Shown here: piece by piece, positions 28,599 through 38,149 of the stretch | Layout of the letters: each line of letters starts with the position of its first letter | How positions within the stretch are numbered: position 1 is the stretch's first letter | From: an uncultured Bacteroidota bacterium | Lineage (GTDB): Bacteria > Bacteroidota > Bacteroidia > JABEUT01 | Assembly (NCBI GenBank): GCA_903916255.1 | Contig: CAIWVW010000090.1 | Span: forward strand, 2,229-66,228 | Direction of reading: 5' to 3' | Length of the DNA stretch: 64,000 bases | Program-made: the position numbers and the translations under genes | Notes under the pieces: generated by a model | Databases searched by the model: none | Told to the model about the DNA's origin: nothing | What the model saw: the letters and a program-made list of their open reading frames with translations, nothing else

Positions 28599-29207
28599 GT
28601 GGCAAGCAAACTTAAACCTGAATTTTATCTTCGTAAAAATGTTCTTCGAATTACGGAAGAACTAATCGGAAAATTTCTGGTTACGAATTTTGACGGAGTT
28701 AAAACCTCCGGTATTATTGTAGAGGCAGAAGCCTATAATGGCGCTATTGATAAAGCTTCGCATGCCTATAATGGCAAACGAACCAAACGGAATGAAATTA
28801 TGTATGCGGAAGGCGGAACGGCATACGTTTATCTATGTTATGGAATCCATCACCTGTTTAATGTAGTTACAAACGGAAAAGATACTCCCCATGCAATCCT
28901 TATCAGGGCTATTGTTCCGGCAGACGGGCTGGATGCAATTCTATATCGGCGCAAACAAAAATTGAATAAGAAAATATCCGACGGGCCGGGAACCCTTTCA
29001 ACCGCATTGGGAATTAAAACAACACATTCCGGGCTTCCTTTAACAGGTAATAAAATTTGGATTGAAGACCGCGCAGTAAAATTCAGCAAGAAAGATATTG
29101 TCACTAGTCCCCGCATTGGTGTTGATTATGCAGGGGAAGATGCGAAGCTGCCATACAGGTATAGATTAAGGGAGGAAATAATTATGGAGTTATTAAATAA
29201 GAAGTAG
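28599..29207 (+). CDS. mpg: DNA-3-methyladenine glycosylase (Mpg/AAG family)
   Basis: ...FYLRKNVLRITEELIGKFLV...GIIVEAEAYNG...YVYLCYGIHHLFNVV... is the Mpg fold signature. It has a GTG start at 28599. Confidence 0.8.
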   Translation: MASKLKPEFYLRKNVLRITEELIGKFLVTNFDGVKTSGIIVEAEAYNGAIDKASHAYNGKRTKRNEIMYAEGGTAYVYLCYGIHHLFNVVTNGKDTPHAILIRAIVPADGLDAILYRRKQKLNKKISDGPGTLSTALGIKTTHSGLPLTGNKIWIEDRAVKFSKKDIVTSPRIGVDYAGEDAKLPYRYRLREEIIMELLNKK

Positions 29208-29221
29208 GAGCCCGATTTATT

Positions 29222-29743
29222 TCACTCAATTCTTATTGAATGTCTTTTATCTTTAGATACCAGCTCACCGGAACTTTTGAAAGACCAAACATAATATGTC
29301 AAATCGTTCTGAGTTTGGTTGGCCATTACTAAACGCACATCATAACTGATATCACCCTTACTGTCTATAGTTTTTCGTTCAATGCCTATGGGTTTGTAAT
29401 CGTTATGTGCAGCTATAACCTTTTGCATTGTATCCGGCAAATAAGATAAGGGTAACCCGCGAAAATCTGTAGTAATAATATTTCCATTCGTATCGCAAGT
29501 AACATTAATCTGGGTACAGCCATAATGTTTTGAATCAGGAAGTGCTACAACTACCGTTCGTGTACGATCTGTTTTATTTGTGGTAACGGAATAATCCCTC
29601 CACGCATCCGGATAGAGGGAATCAATTTTTGTTTTGATACTATGGTTTACCGTATGCTGGGCATCAACCCACCGTTGGCAATATGCGCAAATACAAATTA
29701 AAAGGCTGAAAGATAAAAGCCCGGTAGCTTTTGCGAGTTTCAT
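29222..29743 (-). CDS. Secreted PepSY-like (DUF2874-type, BLIP-like) protein, paralog 1
   Basis: Signal peptide, about 170 aa, two beta-lactamase-inhibitor-like half domains. A clear paralog of the upstream gene. Confidence 0.4.
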   Translation of the reverse strand: MKLAKATGLLSFSLLICICAYCQRWVDAQHTVNHSIKTKIDSLYPDAWRDYSVTTNKTDRTRTVVVALPDSKHYGCTQINVTCDTNGNIITTDFRGLPLSYLPDTMQKVIAAHNDYKPIGIERKTIDSKGDISYDVRLVMANQTQNDLTYYVWSFKSSGELVSKDKRHSIRIE

Positions 29744-29765
29744 ACATCAAATATAAGAAATATCT

Positions 29766-30302
29766 TCAATTATTCTGCAATCTTTTATCCACCGATATAA
29801 ATTCGCCGGAGGCTTTAAATTTCAGGATATAAACCCAGCCCCCAACGGTAACATTGCCATCCCCATTTATTTGAAGTAATTCCACCCGATAGGTTACATC
29901 ATTCGTGTTTCCGGAAACTTTAGCTGTTTCGCCATAGGTAAAGCCACTGCTCGGATAATTATTATCGACATAATCGGTAATAGCGACAGGTAATTCTTTC
30001 ATGGAAATATCCACTTCTTTCGTAAGAACAGTTCCGACGGTATCAAAGGTAATTTTCAAATGCCCTAACCCTTCGGTACAGTTGCATTCAAAAATTACCT
30101 GCCGGGTATTACTATTTACAGGGCTATCTGCCCAAAGGGTGTTCGCTGCTTGGGGATACAATGCTTTAAGTGCCTGTTCTATTTTAGGTGGAACGGGCTG
30201 GTTCTGGCTTTGGCAATAGGCTACTATAAGTGCAGTAAAGAGAATCGTAGTTATAAACTTTGTGTAATTCATATTCTTCAAATATAGTAAAGAACACAAC
30301 AA
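29766..30302 (-). CDS. Secreted PepSY-like (DUF2874-type) protein, paralog 2
   Basis: DVTYRVELLQINGDGNVTVGGWVYILKFKASGEFISVDK is a PepSY-like repeat. It is tandem with 29222..29743. Confidence 0.4.
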   Translation of the reverse strand: MLCSLLYLKNMNYTKFITTILFTALIVAYCQSQNQPVPPKIEQALKALYPQAANTLWADSPVNSNTRQVIFECNCTEGLGHLKITFDTVGTVLTKEVDISMKELPVAITDYVDNNYPSSGFTYGETAKVSGNTNDVTYRVELLQINGDGNVTVGGWVYILKFKASGEFISVDKRLQNN

Positions 30303-30375
30303 TTATCTATTTTAAATGAGGGGGCTTATCTCTTTTATCGTATCTCTTATCTCTCATAATTCTTAGTTTTGCTCC

Positions 30376-31590
30376 ATGAACGAAATACCTAAAATAATTC
30401 TTAATTCGGGCAAAGAAGAATCCCCTAAGCGTTTTCACCCCTGGATTTTCTCGGGAGCTGTAAAAAAAGCCCCCGAAAACATAAAGAATGGCGATGTAGT
30501 GGAAGTATATTCAAGCAAAGATGCCTACCTCGGTACGGGCCATTACCAAAAGGGTTCCATTATGGTCCGCTTATTTTCATTTAATAAGATTGTACCTGAT
30601 GTGGCATTCTGGAAAGCGAAAATTCAAAACGCATATAATTACCGCCAATCTATTGGATTGACCAATAATGCAAACACCAATGTTTATCGTCTTGTTTACG
30701 GCGAAGGCGATGGGCTCCCAGGTTTAATAATCGATTTTTATAATGGAACTGTTGTAATACAGACGCACTCGATAGGCATGTACCGTGAAAGGCATTTGTT
30801 TGTAGAAGCGCTGAAAGAAATTTATGGCGATAAACTGAAATCCGTTTACGATAAAAGTAAGGAAAGTTTAGGTGTTTCAGGAACAAAAATACCGGTAGAT
30901 AGTGAAATAGAAAGCGAATTGAAGAACGGCTATCTTTTTGGAACCGGTTCGGAAAAGGAAGTATTGGAAAATGGGCATAAATTCAGCATTGATTGGGAAG
31001 AAGGACAAAAGACAGGCTTCTTTATCGACCAGCGCGAAAACCGCAAATTAGTTGCACAATATGCTCCAAATAAAAAGGTGTTGGATTGCTTTTGCTATGC
31101 CGGAGGTTTTTCTGTCTATGCGTTGAAAGCAGGGGCTGCTGAGGTTCATTCAGTGGATAGCTCTAAGGCTGCTATAAAGTTAACGGATAATAACATCAAT
31201 CTCAATTTTGGCGGAGCCGCCAACCACACTTCACATGTTGCCGATGCATTTGATTTTTTAGGTAAAAACGCATCTGAATATGACATGATGATTATCGACC
31301 CGCCTGCCTTTGCCAAGCACCGCGATGCCCGCCACCAGGCCGTAATGGGTTACCGGAGACTGAATGCATTAGCCATAAAGGGTATAAAACCCGGCGGAAT
31401 AATATTTACTTTTTCCTGCTCGCAGGTGGTGGATAAATACCTGTTTCATGGAGCTATAACTGCTGCCGCTATTGATGCAGGACGTAATGTACGGATAGTA
31501 AAATATTTGTCGCACCCGGCAGACCACCCAATCAGCATTTATCATCCTGAAGGGGAATACCTGAAGGGTATGATTTTGTTTGTGGAGTAG
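30376..31590 (+). CDS. rlmI: Class I SAM-dependent 23S rRNA (cytosine-C5) methyltransferase RlmI-like (PUA + MTase)
   Basis: N-terminal PUA-like region (RFHPWIFSGAV...GDVVEVYSS) followed by a Rossmann MTase (VLDCFCYAGGFSVYA...DPPAF). Confidence 0.7.
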   Translation: MNEIPKIILNSGKEESPKRFHPWIFSGAVKKAPENIKNGDVVEVYSSKDAYLGTGHYQKGSIMVRLFSFNKIVPDVAFWKAKIQNAYNYRQSIGLTNNANTNVYRLVYGEGDGLPGLIIDFYNGTVVIQTHSIGMYRERHLFVEALKEIYGDKLKSVYDKSKESLGVSGTKIPVDSEIESELKNGYLFGTGSEKEVLENGHKFSIDWEEGQKTGFFIDQRENRKLVAQYAPNKKVLDCFCYAGGFSVYALKAGAAEVHSVDSSKAAIKLTDNNINLNFGGAANHTSHVADAFDFLGKNASEYDMMIIDPPAFAKHRDARHQAVMGYRRLNALAIKGIKPGGIIFTFSCSQVVDKYLFHGAITAAAIDAGRNVRIVKYLSHPADHPISIYHPEGEYLKGMILFVE

Positions 31591-31728
31591 CCTCACGAAT
31601 TTTTGACAAATGTCATTTTTTGCAAGCGAAAACGATTCCAAGTCGGATAAATATGTCCATTTTCAGGTATTAACGAGATAGAAACAGGATTTTTGCCGAA
31701 ATTTTAATACATTCGTTGCCTTATTAAT

Positions 31729-34700
31729 TTGCCCCCAATGATGAAAAAAATATTTATTGCATTTTGCTGCATTATTTCCACTGTTGTTTTTGCCCAGCAA
31801 GGTAAGAATGGCAGCGCTACCATTACAACCACTGTCGAGGTAAATGAATACACTTACCTTACCGCAAATGAAGCTGCCGGGGCTACAACAATAACTGTTG
31901 CCAGCAGTACGCTTAATTCCCATTCGCGTTTTTCGGGCAATTTGGCTGCAGGAGATTTAATTATGATAATTCAATTGCAGGGCGCAACCCTCAACGGAAG
32001 TATTAACCCCGGAAACCGTGATATTGGCCAGCCTAAAGATAGTACCTGGGGTGCTATAAACAACTATAACAACTGCGGTAATTATGAATTTGCCGAGGTT
32101 TCTGCCGTGCCTTCCGGAACAACCATTACATTAGATTGCCCTTTGCAATACAGTTACACTGATACAGGTAAAGTAGAAATAGTAAGGGTTCCAAGGTATG
32201 CTTCGCTGACCATTAATTCAGGGGGAACTATTAGTTGCGACCCATGGGACAGCACCATTGGGGGTATTATTGCCATCGAAGTGCAAGGAAATACGATTAT
32301 CAATTCCGGAGGAGCTATTAATGCAACAGGTATGGGTTTCCGCGGCGGGCAGTATAACGGTGAAGACAGTATAGGCTGGGGTGTTGGTGATGTGGCAGAA
32401 GGGCTGCAAGCCTATGGAAAAGAAAAGGGAGAAGGTGTGGGCGGATATGAATGGAAATATAAAAAATTGGGCGGCAAAGAAGGCATGGGCGCACCGGGCA
32501 ATGGCGGCGGCGGCGGCGATGCGCAAAATGGCGGCGGCGGCGGCGGCGCAAATGGCGGAGTGGTAGCCAATTACATTAACGGGTATGGAAACCCTGACAT
32601 AAGCACAAATAATAATAAAACAGCCTGGGGTATTGAATATACTTGGTTGCCAACCTTTACATCTGCAGGTGGGGGACGCGGCGGTTATACGTTTGGACAG
32701 AATAATGTGAGCCCCCTGACAAATGCTCCCGGAGCAGGCGCTTGGGCAGGTGATGACCGCAGAAGCGTGGGCGGCCGCGGCGGCCGTCCGCTGAATTATT
32801 CTACAGGCAAAATTTTTATTGCCGGCGGCGGCGGTGCAGGCGACCAGAATGATGGTTTTGGCGGCACAGGAGCCAGTGGTGGCGGTATTGTTTACCTTAT
32901 GAGCTATGGAACAGTATCTGGTGCCGGCCAAATAATTTCAAACGGAAATAATGGTGCGAATACGCACGGAACTGCTGCATTTGGCCATGCTGCCGGAATA
33001 GATGGTGCAGGCGGTGGCGGCGGCGGCGGAACGTTAATAGTTAATTCTGTAGGAAATATTTCAGGGATTAGCCTTACTGCAAACGGCGGTACGGGTGGAA
33101 ACCAGGTTATAACATGGAATTTCAGTTCCGATGCTGAATCTGAAGGGCCGGGCGGTGGCGGCGGCGGCGGCTATATAGCCACTTCTAATGCCGGACTTAC
33201 TGAAACCACTACTGGCGGTGCCAATGGCACCAGTAATGCTATTCCCCTTGCCAATTTTCCGCCGAATGGCGCTACAATAGGCGGTGTGGGAACTACCAAT
33301 GCAAGTATTGCTAATTTTTATATTACAGCTAAAAACGATACAATTTGCAGCGGACAAAGCGCGACTTTAACTGCCACCCTGAACGGAACTGTTCCAAACG
33401 GAACAACTATCGAGTGGTTTAGCACTTCAACAGGCGGTTCTTCCATAGGGACAGGGCCATCATATACTACTCCGGCTTTAACCGTGAATACAACCTATTA
33501 CGTTGGCACTTGCCCGGGAACATACCGGATTGCAGTGAACGTGATTATTTCAGGCAGCGCTTCGGTATCTATCAGCCCGAACAAAACGATTTGCAAAGGC
33601 ACTGCCGATTCATTAAAAGCCACAGGTGGAACAGCCTATTCATGGACACCCACCACCGGATTGAGCAATGCCAATATTGCTAACCCGATTGCTACTCCGA
33701 TTGCAACAACAACATATACTGTTAATATAACTACGGCTTGCGGATTAATAAAGGATTCAGTTAAAATTACCGTATCGCCTCTACCAACAGCGACCATCAG
33801 CGCAAGCACCAACCCAATTTGTGCAGGAAAATCGACTACCCTTACTGCAGGCGGAGGTACAGTTTATACTTGGAGCAATGGGGCCACTACATCATCCATA
33901 ACGGTTACTCCGCTTACCACCACTACATATACTGCAGAAGTTAGTAACGGAACCTGCACTAAAGACACTACATTAAAGGTTACCGTTAATCCGCTTCCTA
34001 CGCCTACTATCGGTGCAACTAGTAACCCTATTTGTCCCGGCAGTTCAACAACTATTTCAGTTACAGGCGGCACAAGCTATACCTGGAGTAACAGCGCAAC
34101 TACAACATCTATTACCGTAAGCCCTGCTACAACTACTAATTACTCGGTTATTGTAAGCAATGGCACATGTACAAAAGATACCAATATCACCGTAACTGTT
34201 AGTGCAAGCCCAACGGTAACTGTTAACCCATCTGCGCCCACTATTTGCAGTAATGGCAGCGTGACATTAAATGGGGTAGGAGCCACCACGTATACCTGGT
34301 CTCCTAATACGTCATTAACCTGTACGAATTGTGTTTCCACCGTTGCTACGCCAACGGCCACAACAACATATACCGTTATAGGTGCCAACGCGCAAGGGTG
34401 TACTGATACGAACACAGTAACGGTTACTGTAGGCGGTGCTATTAATGCCCGAATTACAGGTAATGATTCCTTATGCTCAGGCAATTCCGCTACGCTTACC
34501 GCTTCCGGCGGAACAACCTATACCTGGAGCAACGGTGCAACTACATCAATTATTACAGTAATTCCACTTGTAACAACTACATACACTGCAACAATCAGTA
34601 ACGGAATATGTACCAAAGACACCACGTTTAAAATTACGGTTACACCTACGCCTACAGCTTCCATAGCGGCATCTGTCAATCCTATCTGTGCGGGAGAATC

Positions 34701-36690
34701 GTCAACGTTAACAGTATCCGGTGGAACAGCCTACAAATGGAATACAGGAGCCACTACCTCAACACTTACTGTTAATCCGATATCAACAACCACTTACACG
34801 GCTACGGTAAGCAATGGAAAATGCTCAAAAGACACTACAATTACGGTTACCGTAAATACTAAACCCACGGTAACTTTAAATAACCCCGCGCCATCGATAT
34901 GCACAGGCGGAAATGTTGCTTTTGTAGCCAGCGGAGCCAGTAGCTATACCTGGGCGCCAAATACTAATTTGACATGCAACAATTGCCCTAATCCAACCGC
35001 ATCGCCAACGGCGACCACGACCTATACTATAATTGGTACCAATTTGGCTGGCTGTAAAGACACAATCACAGTTACTGTAACGGTAGTAAATACCCTGACA
35101 GCGACTATCAGCCCGCCAAGTGACAGTGTTTGCAATGGAAGTTCCACTACCTTAACCGCGGGCGGCGGCAGTACCTATCTTTGGAGCAATAGCGCAACAA
35201 CAGCAATTATCAATGTAAGCCCGAATGTAAATACTACCTATAGCGTGCTTGTTTCCAGCGGCGGATGTAAGGATAGTGCTACCATAACAGTTAAAGTAAA
35301 TCCACTTCCTGTTGTAGTAATATCGAATGATACCTCTGTTTGTTCCGGAACAAATGTTACGCTGAATGTAAGCGGCGGCGGTACTTATTTATGGAGCAAT
35401 TCAGCAACCACAAGCAGTATAACAGTAAATCCGGCAAATACAACTACATATACCGCGCAGGTAACATCATCCAAAGGATGTTTAAAAGACACGGTAGTTA
35501 CCGTTACCATTAATCCGGCCCCAACATTGACCATAACTCCCACAATGATTTCCTGTGCCGGAACACCTGATACACTTTCTGTTTTGGGAGGTAATGGTTA
35601 CCTATGGAGCAACGGGTCTACCAACAGTACCATTATTGTTAGCCCAATAACCTCTAAAATATATACCGTAACGACTGGTGGTGGCGGCCCCTGCCCTGTA
35701 AGTGCTGTAGATACAGTGAAAGTGAAAGCATTGCCCACCGTAACAACCCAGGGGACAACTTCTGTTTGCAATGGTGATAGCGCAGTAATATTAGCCACAG
35801 GTGGAGGCACATATTCATGGGCTCCCGGAGGAAAAACAACCGCTGAAATAATTGTGTACCCTTCAAGCACTACTATTTATACTGTATCGGTTACAAAAAA
35901 TGGATGCACAAAAATGGATACTTTTCAGGTAGCGCTTAATCCATCACCAAACCCTACCGTAAACCCATCGATTATTACCCTTTGTAAAGGCGAATCTACC
36001 ATGCTGAGCGCAACAGGAGGTACTACTTATTTATGGTCGCCATCCGCTACGCTGAGTGATTCGGTTATTTATAACCCGATAGCTACGCCTTCAGCCAATA
36101 CTACCTATGTTGTAACCGTTGCCAACACCGACGGCTGCACTGCAAAAGACAGCATTAAAGTATTTGTTATTGCAGGAGCAAGCGGCTCTGCCTGTTGCGA
36201 TGCTACTATTGTTCCCGGCGCTTCAGAAACATTATCTGTTTCGGGCGCTAATGCCGGTTCTACCTATAAATGGACACCTTCGGGAAGTTTAAGCTGCGAT
36301 ACTTGTGCTAATCCGATTGCAACACCAAGTACAACCACATGGTATTATGTTACCATTTCGGATGCAAACGGATGCAGCAGGCTCGACTCTCTTTTAATTA
36401 CGGTGAATGAGTCGGGATGCGGAGCAGTATTTATTCCTACGGCTTTTTCACCGGGCCAAATGGCCAACAATATTCTGTATGTGCGCGGCGATTGTATAGC
36501 ATCTATGGAATTCGACATTTTCGACCGTTGGGGAAATAAAGTATTTACATCCACCAACATTAAAGATGGCTGGGATGGCAGCTACCGCGGGCAGGGCATG
36601 AATTTAGGCACCTATGTTTATTTCCTGAAAGCTACCTTGATTGATGGAACCACCATAAATCAGAAAGGTAATGTTACGCTGGTAAGATAG
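31729..36690 (+). CDS. T9SS type B cargo: 1653-aa surface protein with a Gly-rich N-terminal region, about 14 Ig-like repeats and a gliding-motility-type C-terminal domain
   Basis: Signal peptide. Poly-Gly tracts (GNGGGGGDAQNGGGGGGANGG). About 78-aa repeats with the pattern ICxGxSxTLTAxGGxxYxWSNGATTxSITVxPxxTTTYTAxVSNGxCxKDTTxxVTVNPLP. The C-terminus reads VFIPTAFSPGQMANNILYVRGDCIASMEFDIFDRWGNKVF...GWDGSYRGQGMNLGTYVYFLKAT...KGNVTLVR, matching the type B CTD (TIGR04131-like). Confidence 0.8.
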   Translation: MPPMMKKIFIAFCCIISTVVFAQQGKNGSATITTTVEVNEYTYLTANEAAGATTITVASSTLNSHSRFSGNLAAGDLIMIIQLQGATLNGSINPGNRDIGQPKDSTWGAINNYNNCGNYEFAEVSAVPSGTTITLDCPLQYSYTDTGKVEIVRVPRYASLTINSGGTISCDPWDSTIGGIIAIEVQGNTIINSGGAINATGMGFRGGQYNGEDSIGWGVGDVAEGLQAYGKEKGEGVGGYEWKYKKLGGKEGMGAPGNGGGGGDAQNGGGGGGANGGVVANYINGYGNPDISTNNNKTAWGIEYTWLPTFTSAGGGRGGYTFGQNNVSPLTNAPGAGAWAGDDRRSVGGRGGRPLNYSTGKIFIAGGGGAGDQNDGFGGTGASGGGIVYLMSYGTVSGAGQIISNGNNGANTHGTAAFGHAAGIDGAGGGGGGGTLIVNSVGNISGISLTANGGTGGNQVITWNFSSDAESEGPGGGGGGGYIATSNAGLTETTTGGANGTSNAIPLANFPPNGATIGGVGTTNASIANFYITAKNDTICSGQSATLTATLNGTVPNGTTIEWFSTSTGGSSIGTGPSYTTPALTVNTTYYVGTCPGTYRIAVNVIISGSASVSISPNKTICKGTADSLKATGGTAYSWTPTTGLSNANIANPIATPIATTTYTVNITTACGLIKDSVKITVSPLPTATISASTNPICAGKSTTLTAGGGTVYTWSNGATTSSITVTPLTTTTYTAEVSNGTCTKDTTLKVTVNPLPTPTIGATSNPICPGSSTTISVTGGTSYTWSNSATTTSITVSPATTTNYSVIVSNGTCTKDTNITVTVSASPTVTVNPSAPTICSNGSVTLNGVGATTYTWSPNTSLTCTNCVSTVATPTATTTYTVIGANAQGCTDTNTVTVTVGGAINARITGNDSLCSGNSATLTASGGTTYTWSNGATTSIITVIPLVTTTYTATISNGICTKDTTFKITVTPTPTASIAASVNPICAGESSTLTVSGGTAYKWNTGATTSTLTVNPISTTTYTATVSNGKCSKDTTITVTVNTKPTVTLNNPAPSICTGGNVAFVASGASSYTWAPNTNLTCNNCPNPTASPTATTTYTIIGTNLAGCKDTITVTVTVVNTLTATISPPSDSVCNGSSTTLTAGGGSTYLWSNSATTAIINVSPNVNTTYSVLVSSGGCKDSATITVKVNPLPVVVISNDTSVCSGTNVTLNVSGGGTYLWSNSATTSSITVNPANTTTYTAQVTSSKGCLKDTVVTVTINPAPTLTITPTMISCAGTPDTLSVLGGNGYLWSNGSTNSTIIVSPITSKIYTVTTGGGGPCPVSAVDTVKVKALPTVTTQGTTSVCNGDSAVILATGGGTYSWAPGGKTTAEIIVYPSSTTIYTVSVTKNGCTKMDTFQVALNPSPNPTVNPSIITLCKGESTMLSATGGTTYLWSPSATLSDSVIYNPIATPSANTTYVVTVANTDGCTAKDSIKVFVIAGASGSACCDATIVPGASETLSVSGANAGSTYKWTPSGSLSCDTCANPIATPSTTTWYYVTISDANGCSRLDSLLITVNESGCGAVFIPTAFSPGQMANNILYVRGDCIASMEFDIFDRWGNKVFTSTNIKDGWDGSYRGQGMNLGTYVYFLKATLIDGTTINQKGNVTLVR
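33360..36410. repeat. Tandem coding repeats (about 234 bp, Ig-like units) within the type B CTD gene
   Basis: Periodicity visible in the translation. The DNA copies are more diverged than those in the SprB gene. Confidence 0.5.
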
Positions 36691-36715
36691 GCCGGATACA
36701 GACTGTGAGATATTT

Positions 36716-36747
36716 AAAACCCCGGCCTATTTGGTCGGGTTTTTTTT
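36716..36747. terminator. Bidirectional rho-independent terminator between convergent genes
   Basis: aaaa-ccccggcc-tattt-ggtcggg-tttttttt. A GC stem is flanked by an A-run upstream and a T-run downstream. Confidence 0.6.
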
Positions 36748-36749
36748 AA

Positions 36750-38141
36750 TTATTCTATCATCTCACTGATACCGCTAAGAATTATCGTTTTCACATTATG
36801 GTTTTTCAACCAACCCCTGATTATATCATCATTATCGGGGTAGGAGTGTGCTCTTTTTATAGAATTCCTTAATTCCTCCGGACTGTTTGCCTGCCCTGTT
36901 ATATCGGCGTACCCATAGCCTGCATAATGCCCGTTTGCTATCAGAATTAATGACCTTTCTTCCCTGTGCCTACCTTCTTCTATAATTAAAAAGTCTTTAT
37001 CGCCAAAACTAAATTCCTTCAAAATTTTAGAAGCGCGTTTGTTGTATTCCTCCACTTCTTCTTCTCCGGCGCAAATACCATTGCATTTTTTTATCTGGTG
37101 ATTAAAGCAAACGGCATCATCATCTGTCAATCCGCAATAACGCAGGCAAAGCGAATATTCATCCAGCCAGCGTTCCAAACATTCCCGTGCCGACAGATAA
37201 CTTGTAAAAGAACGCAGCGGGTTGGATGATTCTTGCGATTCGGTTATTTTGAAATTGATAATTCCTTTTTCATCCTTGCTCCAATCAATGCTGTGCGTAA
37301 AGGAGTCAGCCTTACGGGCGCGATTATAATAGGGATGATGTTTTTTTATTTCTTCCGATTCCACTAACAATGCTATCAATTCGCTGCCTGTAAGCTGATA
37401 ACTTACATCATACAAATCGTTCAGCATTTTTTTGCTCTTGCTTTCCTTTGAGTTGAAATGGCTTTGCGCCCGTTGATACATATTATTACTCTTCCCGATG
37501 TAAATGATTTTCCCTTCCTTGTCTAAAAAGTAATAAACACCGCATTCTTCGGGCAGTTTTTTCAGGATATAGCTTTTTATTTTATCAATCCTGGTTCCCA
37601 TTATTTCATTTACCCCTTTGGTTTTATACTGAGGGTCCATGGTTTTCAGTTGCAGCAGCAAATCGAATAATTTGGCTGTTGCTACGGCATCGCCTTCGGC
37701 CCTGTGGCGGCCTTCGATAGGAATATTCAGCGAGGCGCATAGATTGCCAAGGCTGTATGATACTTTTCCCGGAATAAGTTTGCGGCTCAATCGCACGGTA
37801 CATAATTTCTCCCTGTTGTATTTATAGCCAAGCGATTTAAATTCTTCTCTAACAAAGCCATAATCGAAGCCTACATTATGTGCCACGAATATACGTCCCT
37901 CGGTCATTTCTAAAATGGTTTTAGCTACTTGCTGGAAAGTGGGGGCAGAGGCAACCATATCATTGGTAATGCCTGAAATCCTTGTGTAAATCGGGGATAT
38001 GTAACATCCCGGATTAATAAGCGTAGTGAACTTATCGGTTACCTGCAAACCATCATGCTGCACAATGGAAATCTCGATGATTCTCCCTTTTGGGTATTCG
38101 AAGCGGCCACCGCAAGTTTCTATGTCGATAATGGAGAACAT
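36750..38141 (-). CDS. DnaQ-like 3'-5' exonuclease fused to a GIY-YIG nuclease with Cys-rich region (Cho/UvrC-N-like)
   Basis: Exo I IIDIETCG, Exo II VAHNVGFDYGFV and Exo III HRAEGDA motifs are present. The GIY-YIG domain reads GVYYFLDKEGKIIYIGKSNNMYQRAQSH. Downstream Cys clusters (C..C......C....C) follow. Confidence 0.7.
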   Translation of the reverse strand: MFSIIDIETCGGRFEYPKGRIIEISIVQHDGLQVTDKFTTLINPGCYISPIYTRISGITNDMVASAPTFQQVAKTILEMTEGRIFVAHNVGFDYGFVREEFKSLGYKYNREKLCTVRLSRKLIPGKVSYSLGNLCASLNIPIEGRHRAEGDAVATAKLFDLLLQLKTMDPQYKTKGVNEIMGTRIDKIKSYILKKLPEECGVYYFLDKEGKIIYIGKSNNMYQRAQSHFNSKESKSKKMLNDLYDVSYQLTGSELIALLVESEEIKKHHPYYNRARKADSFTHSIDWSKDEKGIINFKITESQESSNPLRSFTSYLSARECLERWLDEYSLCLRYCGLTDDDAVCFNHQIKKCNGICAGEEEVEEYNKRASKILKEFSFGDKDFLIIEEGRHREERSLILIANGHYAGYGYADITGQANSPEELRNSIKRAHSYPDNDDIIRGWLKNHNVKTIILSGISEMIE

Positions 38142-38149
38142 GTATGTCT

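Noticed and set aside
32218-32931. 237-aa antisense ORF (and 32318..32551, 32381..32566) rich in Ala/Arg/Cys
   Set aside because: It lies opposite the GGC-rich poly-Gly coding region of the 1653-aa gene. The open frame is a compositional artefact of the (GGC)n repeats.
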